DNA from: the human T2T-CHM13v2.0 reference genome, Homo sapiens
Direction: 5' to 3' (one strand)
Assembly (NCBI RefSeq): GCF_009914755.1
Contig: NC_060939.1
Length of the DNA stretch: 64,000 nt
Below, piece by piece: positions 53,758 to 64,000 of the stretch. Within the stretch, counting starts at the first letter, position 1. Every line of letters starts with the position of its first letter. Made by a program: the position numbers and the translations under genes. The notes beneath the pieces were generated by a model. That model was not told the DNA's origin, made no database searches, and was given only the letters and a program-made list of their open reading frames with translations.

Positions 53758-53917
53758 TGGATGTGGTGATGCATGCCTATAGTCCTACCTACTTAGAAGG
53801 GTGAGGCAGGAGGATCACTTTGAGCCCAGGGGTTTGAGTTTGTGCTATAATGGTGCCACTGTACTCCAGCCTGGGCAACAGAGCAAGACCCTGTCTCTTA
53901 AAAAAGCAAACAAAAAG
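53758..53917 (+). mobile_element. Alu monomer (right-arm type), nearest Alu upstream of exon 3
   Basis: gtggtgatgcatgcctatagtccta...tccagcctgggcaacagagcaagaccctgtctc plus A tail. Confidence 0.85.
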
Positions 53918-54645
53918 CCTTTAATGGAACTATTGTTGCTCATAACGGCATACTTTAGAACCCCTGGTCTAGTCTGACTGTGCTTACCTACCTGCTTGCA
54001 TGCGTTTCTCTTTCTTCCCACCTCTCTTCCCCTCCCTTCCTTCCTTTCTTAATTCTCTTCTGTTTTTTACAACTCTTTTCCTTCTTTGAGTTAGTGACAA
54101 TAAGCAAATTTTGAACTCATCTAAGATTAGGAGAAAAACTGTATGTGATATTTATTGTATAAAACTTGCATGGTAGAGTTAAACAGGAGATGATAAAATT
54201 CTTAATTTACTTTATAAACCAAATGTCATCTCACCTGTCTAGCTCTCAAGGTGGGTATGTTTGTTACTTCTTCCAGAAACCATGTCTCTTTAAATGGGTT
54301 TATATCATTCTATTTTAAATAAAATTCGTATGTTTTTATACAAGTGTGCTCTTTAGATGCAAACATTTATATGATTAGATAAATTTTCCTTAGTCTTTCT
54401 TTGATTATGTATTGTCTGAATTTGAATCCTGATGTGTTATTCTGGAATTAGCCATTTTTGTTTCTATTTCTGTTTGTTATGTTACAATTAGTGTATTTCT
54501 TATTTTTCAGTGCTTTAATTGCCTTGTTATCTAAACTCTAGAATATATACCAGTTAATTAAAGACATGTGTGTGTTTTTTTTTTTGCTTTTGTCTTTACT
54601 GGCGAATTTAAAGGTAATTGAAAGTATAATTCTTGTCTTCTTTAG

Positions 54646-54730
54646 CATCAGACAACAGTCAGCGCTTTCGAGAAACCTGTTTTGCATTTGCCTTGACACC
54701 ACAACAAGTGCAGCAAATCAGTAGTTCCAT
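54646..54730 (+). CDS. PIAS1: PIAS1 exon 3 (85 nt), PINIT domain
   Basis: tcttgtcttctttAG|CA TCA GAC AAC... gives (A)SDNSQRFRETCFAFALTPQQVQQISSS(M). Donor AT|GTAAGT at 54731. Phase fits exon 2. Confidence 0.97.
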
Positions 54731-54989
54731 GTAAGTTGTCGTCAAGTGTAACTTGAAGTTTGACCTTTGAATCCAGTAGTCTATAATAAATGATTTTAAA
54801 AAACAGTGATTGGTGAGTTAGTATTTGTGTGATGCAAATATTAGTAATGAAAGTATAGTGTGTTAGTTACTGTAAGAACAGTTATATTTATGATAATTTG
54901 AAAAACTTTTCTGGAGTAACAAGGTCTTTGAATGAACTTTCATGCAAATACTTTAAAAGTAATTGTAATTCCTATTCTGTCTCTTCTAG

Positions 54990-55037
54990 GGATATTTCTG
55001 GGACCAAATGTGACTTCACAGTACAGGTCCAGTTAAG
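54990..55037 (+). CDS. PIAS1: PIAS1 exon 4 (48 nt)
   Basis: ctgtctcttctAG|G GAT ATT TCT... gives (M)DISGTKCDFTVQVQL(R). Donor AAG|GTACAG at 55038. Confidence 0.96.
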
Positions 55038-55162
55038 GTACAGTGCTGACTATAGGATATATTCAAAGTTTAAAAGATAATATTCCTTTTCACAGTACGG
55101 GTCCAGTTAAGGTACAGTGCTGACTGTAGGATATATTCAAAGTTTAAAAGATAATATTCCTT
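55015..55162 (+). repeat. 74-bp tandem duplication (2 copies, 2 mismatches) spanning the exon 4 donor
   Basis: 55015-55088 versus 55089-55162, read directly. Confidence 0.97.
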
Positions 55163-57430
55163 ATCAGGAAGGGGAAATGGAAAAAAAATTTTAAGGAATA
55201 AGAGGAAATCTACCTGATTTTTCAATAAGTGTATTGAAAATATTAGGTTTAGATATTTGGGTGAGGGAAAACATTCTCCTGTTATGAGATATTCTAATTT
55301 TCATCCAATTTAGATTTTTCCCCTGCCCGCCCACCCCCCAGTTTAGATTTCAATATAGCAAGTCATGTTCTATATATCTAACCATATTTGATTGCCCTCA
55401 GTTGGTTGAGAAGCTCCAGCTAATGATATCTTACAATATCATATCAAGTTTTATGAAAGCATGGGCCTTATCTCCATAAGAGGCAAAGTACTGTGGATAA
55501 GGAATTAGTACTTAAGTCTACAGTATGTCATGGACTAACAAACATCAAAATATTCTAATTTGTTTTGTTCTGTATTTTAAATAATTTAAATATGCTCTAA
55601 TTTAGGATCCATTTGAGACATCTCTTAAAAATGTTCAAAGACTAATGGGAAATTTTCCAACATGGATTCACAACCCCTTATTGAGTTTCTTTTCTTAGCC
55701 CATTCATTTGTCTTAGAATATCTAAGAAATATTTTGTATTATTTCTCTCCCTTATATATCTCCCTTTTATATACATATATATATATATCTCCCTTATATA
55801 AACCATCATATTATGCTTTATTATTCGATTTACCAACTTAAATGTCCACACTGTTGGAATAGGGATGGAAGAGAAAATATAAGACAGTTGTTTTCCTCAG
55901 TAAGCTGTTTTCCCTATAATTGTCAGGAGGATAAATCAAACAGTTAGCCTTGTCTCAATAATCAGATACTAAGTTGTATGTACAAGTTACAAATACACTA
56001 GGAGGCTAAAAAAGGGATTAATCTAAAACGCCTGTTCAGCACTTCATGGAACCATGTGAAAACCTCTCATCTAAGCTTTGAAATAATAAGGTAAAAACAG
56101 TGAGAAAGCAGAGTTGAAGTCGAAAGTTGAGTTGAAGATTCTAAAGAGGATATGACTATACTTAATAACTTTTATACCATAAAACAGTATGACAGGACCT
56201 TACTGCAGTAGACTAGTGATAATCTAAGTTTCAGTTTTGGAAGGCACTGCTAAAGATGATTCTGTATAAAAGGTATATTTTATGTCGGCCAGATTGTGAT
56301 AATGACTGAAGAAATTAAAGGACAAAAATAAGATGTCTCCATAGTTAATTATGTATTGCTGTAGTCTTCTTTACTTCCTGCCTCAACAGTTTACATTTTG
56401 CTTGTGCTGATACTTGACATTATCCTTTAAATCAGTGGTTTTCAAACTTGTTGCATGGAGCCACCCTTAGGGGTTCATACTCTTCTGCCATCCTCCTCTT
56501 CTCTCCTAAACACATACACAGTCTGAACCAAAGTGGGGCTTCTTTTATCTCTTTTATCTGTTTTGCATGTTTGACTCTGGGTTAATTTTTGCTTAAAGAC
56601 AGGGTCCCAAGACTAAAATAAAGTTTAAAAACCGTAGCTTTAGAATAAAAGATCTAGTTACTAAGTATTTTGTATTAATATACATACATTCTTTAAAGCA
56701 GCAACAGGTGTGGTCCACATTTTGAAGTAAGGTTGTCTAGATAGATGAGCTATAATTCAGAGATTCCAAGGGTATCTTGATGACTGCTATTTTAATTGAA
56801 ATGTATCTCCAGGACTTGGAAAAAAAAAAAAAAAAAGAACCATGTTGTGTTATATTTGGTAATTGTTAGGTGGTTCTTTGTGTTTTAATAAAACAGTTCA
56901 TCTCTCTCCCTGCCCCACGTTGCTAGGTCTGCAACCATAGTGTATTATTTAAGTTAGGAGTGTATGCCTATCTGCTATCCTAATTAGAAATGTTTATCTA
57001 AAGCATAAAAATAATTAGTTGAGAATTAGGATCCAAGTTTTCTTTATTAGACACCTAGTCTGTTTTCATTTATGTTGTGCCTCCCTGCTCCACTCCCTCC
57101 TCTCTGCCCCATGAACCACTTCACAGAAACTTTCTGCTATTCCTTTTTTTCTTTTTTCTCTTCAGTTCATTAGGGTGATTTAGATTAGTTGAATAGACAC
57201 TGTCTTGTCATTTAAATTACTCTTTTCCTATAGGAAAGGGTTCAGGCAGCCAGGGTCCATGTTTTAAATTGATCACTGCATTGGAATAATTATTTAAAAA
57301 CTGTGACATCCTTTTAACTATTGCAGCCTAAAGAATTAGCCTGTAATGGAAGGTTCTGCTGGGGTTAGGAGTGGTCCTGTGAGCTTTGACATCTGTTTGC
57401 TAAGTATATTTCTAGAAAATCTTTGTAGAT

Positions 57431-57610
57431 CAGTAAATCTTAACTTTTTTATGGATCCCTGATACCTTTGAGAATTTGATAGAAGCTGTGAATGGTTTCC
57501 CTATAAAACTGAACATGTATATGTACTCAAAATAATTTACATATAAAATTGTTTTATATTGTGCACGATCCCCGTACTCAGATTTCATGGCCAGCAGGTT
57601 AAGACCCCAT
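57431..57610. mobile_element. Old hAT-Charlie MITE
   Basis: Inverted ends cagtaaatcttaac... / ...aggttaagacccc and internal cctttgagaatttgatagaagct. Confidence 0.55.
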
Positions 57611-58515
57611 ACCGCAGGTGTTGAGAGGAGTTGTTGGCACATGAGGAATATTTCACAGATTTCGGAGATAGGGTTCTCCCTACTATGTAACTCAGGGGTG
57701 CTATTAGCATTCTATAACAGTGCAATGAGCCTTAGGTGTATATTGAGAATAGGTACTAATAAAGAATAAATGCCTTAAATAGCAAAATAGTAATAAGAGT
57801 GAATAGACTGAGAATTTATGAATTATGTATCTTTCCTTGATTTTTCCAAAAGACTGCATTTAATTTAGAAATATTTTTATAAGTTTCTAAAATAGTATTC
57901 TAAATTTATGTGGCTATAACACAAATAATATTCAATATCTTCAGTTCTCAAAAAATAAGGAGTACTTTGGCTTACTGATCCTGGGGATGGACTTAAAAGC
58001 ATTCTCAGTATTTTCTGCTAAGAACCAGAAAAGTGTTTCATAGGCAAATAAATTTGGAAAATACTGCATACAGGTGGTAGGTCTTCCTCTTAGAGATTTA
58101 TAATGCTTATTAGCCTATTAAAAGCTCTGAAAAGTTCTGTATTAAGGAAGCTTAATTTAATTGTTTTGATTCAGAATTTCTTAATTTTATTTGACTAACG
58201 AGTCTTTTTTTCTTTTAACATCTGTTAATCACTGAAGAAACTAGTGCTTCTCAGAACATGCTTAACCAAATAATTGGCAGTATCACGAAGACAACTACAG
58301 GGTGATAGTCATGATTACCACAACTCTACATTGACAGAATTATTTATTTTAAACCTATTTACATATACTTATTAATAGGGTGAAAAGTCCAGTTTTTATA
58401 GTTTTCCCTTTTGGTTGTTTTTAAATTTACCATCTTTTAAATTTATCTATTTAACAATAATACTAATGAAGTCATCCTTTAATAAAGGAAATTAAACTTG
58501 TCCTTTATTGTTTAG

Positions 58516-58606
58516 GTTTTGTTTATCAGAAACCAGTTGTCCACAAGAAGATCACTTCCCACCCAATCTTTGTGTGAAAGTGAATACAAAACCTTGCAGC
58601 CTTCCA
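58516..58606 (+). CDS. PIAS1: PIAS1 exon 5 (91 nt)
   Basis: tttattgtttAG|G TTT TGT TTA... gives (R)FCLSETSCPQEDHFPPNLCVKVNTKPCSLP. Donor CCA|GTAAGT at 58607. Confidence 0.97.
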
Positions 58607-59265
58607 GTAAGTCCTAAGAGCTGTTTTTTAAAATTCATTGCCAACATAACTATCAAATAAGTCATCACAACTGTTGTTAAATCATAGTTTTTCCTTAAGA
58701 AAACATTTTTATTTTGGATATATATTCATTGACTGGGTGAAACACTTGTACCAACTATGTACAGTTAGCAGCAGTGACATTAGCTTTGGGGACATAGGAT
58801 TTGGAGTTGGGTATGGTAGCTTTAGTGTTGTACTGGATTTTGGGGCGAAGTTTTTTCAACAAAATCTCAGCTGTGTTCATGTGAGTCTATAAGCCTATGG
58901 TAGAATGGAGATTTGAAGAATGCTATGTCTTAAACAGGAGGTAAGGGTGAGGACTGTTTTTGGTGCCCTTGAAATACTACTACTCATGTACCTATCTAAG
59001 CTTGTTATGAATTCATCCTGATTTTTAAATTTAAGAGATTTTGAATTTTCATCACTAATAGTTTTCTCAGGTTTACTATAAGGAGAGTATAAGGTTGTTT
59101 GGAAAAATAATAACACAAGAAACTTGTAAATGTTTGCTTCTCTACTTTTTAATGAAAACATTCATATTTTCTAGTATGCAGTTTGTAGGGGGTTTTTTCT
59201 TAAGGAATGGAAGTCAAAATGATTGTGGAAATAATAAGTATAAATAAATTACATTTCATTTTTAG

Positions 59266-59400
59266 GGTTACCTTCCACCTACAAAAAATGGCGTGGAACC
59301 AAAGCGACCCAGCCGACCAATTAATATCACCTCACTTGTCCGACTGTCCACAACAGTACCAAACACGATTGTTGTTTCTTGGACTGCAGAAATTGGAAGA
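59266..59400 (+). CDS. PIAS1: PIAS1 exon 6 (135 nt), contains the PINIT motif (59317-59331)
   Basis: catttttAG|GGT TAC... gives GYLPPTKNGVEPKRPSRPINITSLVRLSTTVPNTIVVSWTAEIGR. Donor AGA|GTAAGT at 59401. Confidence 0.97.
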
Positions 59401-60649
59401 GTAAGTAAATTTTTGTTTCTACCAGATTTTTGTATTATAAGGAGGGGTTAATCACCATGCCTATCTGAATTTATATGTAAATTATGTAAAATGAGCTGCA
59501 AAAGGATTTATTTTTGTCTCACAATGAATTTTCAACATGTTTCCATTTGAAAAATGGGATTATGAAGTATCCAGTGTTTTATAACCTGGCCCTTTTACTC
59601 CACAATTGATCATAAATGTCCTCCTGTATCATCACATGTTCTTCTGCATTATTTTAAGTGATGATATCATATTCCAATATGAGTATGCCATAAATTTGCC
59701 TGTTCCCTACTATTGAGCGTGTTACTTGATTTATTGATTGATTCATTGGTATGTCAAAGAACATTTTGAAGACCATCTTAGTAGCTATAACTTTGCATGC
59801 ATATGATAATTTCCTTAGGGTAAATTCTCAGAAGTGGGATTGCTGAGTCAAAGAGCCTACAGAATTTTAAGAAATTTTGTGTACATTGACAGATTACCTT
59901 CTCCAAAGGTGTTGTACAAATTTATTCTCTGACTTTCAGTGTTATTTGCGTGCTCGTTAACACTATTATCTTCTTTGAAATTTTTACCAATTCTGTTAGG
60001 TAAATAATGCCACCACTGTGTTTTAATTAGTACTTTTTTCATTATTACTGAGATTGAATATGTTTTATATTTGTGATTACATTTTAAAACTGTATCCGTG
60101 TCTGTTTCTCTATTGCTGTTTTTGTTATTGATTATGAGATCTTCATATAGTAAAACTTAACTCTGTTTCATGTTACAAATATTTGTTTCCAGTTTGTTGG
60201 CCTTTTATTTTTATGTTATTTAATATGCAGAATATTATTAATATTATTTATATTGGCTACACAAAGTTTTCGTATAGCCAAAACTTAACCAGTTATTTCC
60301 TTTATATAGTCTTTTCTCGTCTCCATCATGCTTTGCCTATCTGCCCTTCCCAAGCTATGGAATTATTTGTTTATTTTCTTCTAGACTTCTAAGGTTTCAT
60401 ATTTTACCTTTAAATATTTAGTTCATATTAAATATATGTGTGATGTGAGGTAAAAATTGCTTTCTTTCACTTTTTAAATAGCTGGTTCTAACACTGTTAA
60501 CTAAATAAATGTTGATTCTGAAGCCACCATTGTTATATATTTAACTTTTACATATCCTGAGTGTGTTTCTGATCTTTTTCTATGTTGTTTCTTAGTCTAA
60601 CATTCTTTTTTGGGACAATTTTCATGATATGAACTCATATGTATCCACC

Positions 60650-61990
<1,341 letters not shown>

Positions 61991-63410
61991 ACACTGGCAG
62001 GGCTGACATTGATTCTCCTGCATTACTTTTTTTTTTTTTTTTTTTAAACATTCTTTCTTCCAGATAAAGTAGAATTACTTTATCATATTTCTTTTCCTCG
62101 CTCCTGTACCCCATTTGCACATCTTTCTGAGAATTTGGGTGAGATTTCTTTAAAGTTATAGATTAAGTTAGGGAGAATTTATTTACAATATTTAATATAA
62201 CCATTCTAGGAACTGTATTTTCAAATCTTCTTTTATGTTCCTCAGCAATTTAATGGGTTTCCTACAATTCCTGCATATTTTTTGCTAATTCCCATGTTGG
62301 TTGTTATTATTACTGCTATTATAAAAAGAGATCTTTTTTTCTGTTATATTTTCAAAGTATTTATTGTTGGTTTACTTAAAAACTAGTTATTTTTAATATT
62401 TATTTCATAGCTAAATTCATATATTGGTTCTATTAGCTTTTTAGATGATTTATTGGTATTTCTATGTTGACAGTTTTGAGTTTTAGGTATGTCATATAAA
62501 TTATATTACCCTAATACTTTTGTCATTTATTTCTTGTTCTACTACCTAGAACTTTGTAAACAGCGTTAAACAATGCAGGCACTAGTGGACATATTTGACT
62601 TGCTCCTTATGTTAATGAGAATACTGCTACTGTTATAACATTATTATAATGTTGCTATTAATTTTGATAGAATATTATATCAATGATGTATTTCTATATT
62701 TCTCTTACTGGATTTTTTTTTAGAAATGGATTTTGAATTATATCAAAATTCTTTTTGACATCTCTCAGGGTTATATTTTTTTCCTTTAACTCATATGTCA
62801 CCATTAGGTTTTTAAAATCCTTTTAAATATTTTATTTCTAGTGTACCTTGGAGTTCCCTTTTTCCTCCTTTTTGGGGAAAGTTTTGAAAATGTTTTGTTT
62901 TTGTGTATGAAAAGAATAGCTCACCAAGGAAGAAGGGGAGTGTTTTTGGTGAAATAGGAAAGAAGTCTGAAACTGTAGGAGAGGAGGGGAATATGGCCGC
63001 TGATAAAAAGCACTAGAGGAGGGGGGAAATACTCTTCCATAGGAAGGCTTCCAGCTACAAAGATTTGAAGACATTTTTCTGGGGAAGTAAAACACTAAAT
63101 CAGCATTATTTTCCAAAGCCCAGAAAATAACTTAATAGATTGTTTTTAAATTACTGTTTTAATTCAGCTTGTGAAGATATTCTGAATAGTTCATGTAGAA
63201 TATCTTACTATTTTGCAGATACTTTTGTATAAATAGTTGCCAGTGAGAAATGTTGCAACTGTGTCTTTTCAAATGAAGTAAATAGGAGAGCTAGTATAGC
63301 GCCTGAAAGAAGTAAGTGAGTTATATTGTAACTTCTTGCTCTACCTCAGGGTAAGCACTCCTTTTAGCATTTATTAAACTCTCATTATTTGTAGAGAAAT
63401 TATTTAGATG

Positions 63411-63639
63411 TAGGTTGAGTATTCCTAATCTGAAAATCTGAAACACAAGATGCTCTAAAATTCAAAACAGGATGCTCAAAGGAGATACTTGTTTGAGCAT
63501 TTCAGACTTCAGATTTTCAGATTAGGGATGCTGAACTGGTAAGTATAATGCAGATATTCCAAAATCTGGAAGAAAAAAAAAATTCAGAGTCCAAAATACT
63601 TATAGTCCCAAGCATTTCGGATCAGGGATACTCAACTTG
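63411..63639 (+). mobile_element. Tigger4a (MER46A/Zombi) MITE
   Basis: Inverted ends taggttgagtattcct / agggatactcaacttg followed by TA. Confidence 0.8.
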
Positions 63640-64000
63640 TACTAGTGTAAGGGGCACATAATGAATAGAGTATATTTCAATTACAGAGAAATTATCTCAT
63701 GAACTTGACAAATAATTTTTAAGACTTTTGAAAAAGCAATAAACAAAACTATCAGTATAATATAATATAATATAGTATAATATATATCAGTAGTTGGAAT
63801 TAGTATTTGAAGGATTAGCAGGAACAATAAAATACTGTCTACCTAGAAAAGAATCTCTGTCACTATTAAGCTTTGGCGGGGTTTTTTTTGCTGCTGAACC
63901 TCTTTCATATGATGTAAAAATTTCATTTTATATTACCAGTACAAGTGGCATTTGTTAGTACCACATTCTTTTTGCTGCTTTTATTTTATTTTTCTATTTG

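Noticed and set aside
54898-55080. 60-aa ORF overlapping exon 4
   Set aside because: This is the exon 4 frame extended into the flanking introns, not a separate gene.
55015-55162. CRISPR-like or prokaryotic repeat-array interpretation of the direct repeats
   Set aside because: Two adjacent copies with no spacers and no cas genes, in clearly primate intronic DNA.
55743-55800. Short tctcccttatata repeats with TA runs
   Set aside because: Ordinary slippage-type low-complexity repeat.
59207-59404. 65-aa alternative-frame ORF over exon 6
   Set aside because: It starts in the intron, is short and shows no homology, so chance is sufficient.

Overview
This is primate, almost certainly human, genomic DNA from inside the PIAS1 gene (SUMO E3 ligase, protein inhibitor of activated STAT1), which lies on the + strand. 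The window holds the end of intron 1, coding exons 2-6 (1927-2371, 54646-54730, 54990-55037, 58516-58606, 59266-59400; all GT-AG, splicing in frame to residues Q9-R276, covering the SAP domain and most of the PINIT domain), a 52,274-bp intron 2, and the start of intron 6. Everything else is intronic: about 33 Alus, nested old L1s, L2/MIR, one MaLR solo LTR, Tigger/hAT DNA transposons and microsatellites. Nearly all other ORFs in the track are Alu, L1 or chance frames. I see no convincing wholly new biological system. Best observations: (1) an exon 6-to-exon 3 back-splice would give a 359-nt circle encoding a 108-aa protein with a novel 16-aa C-terminus; (2) a recent 74-bp tandem duplication copied the exon 4 splice donor and created a potential 16-nt microexon; (3) two dispersed short templated insertions copied from 1.8 kb and 6.6 kb away, one with a fold-back end; (4) a 5'-inverted (twin-primed) L1 containing an almost spacer-less inverted Alu pair; (5) candidate recursive splice sites in intron 2. 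Repeat subfamily calls are by eye from remembered consensus sequences, and repeat boundaries are approximate.
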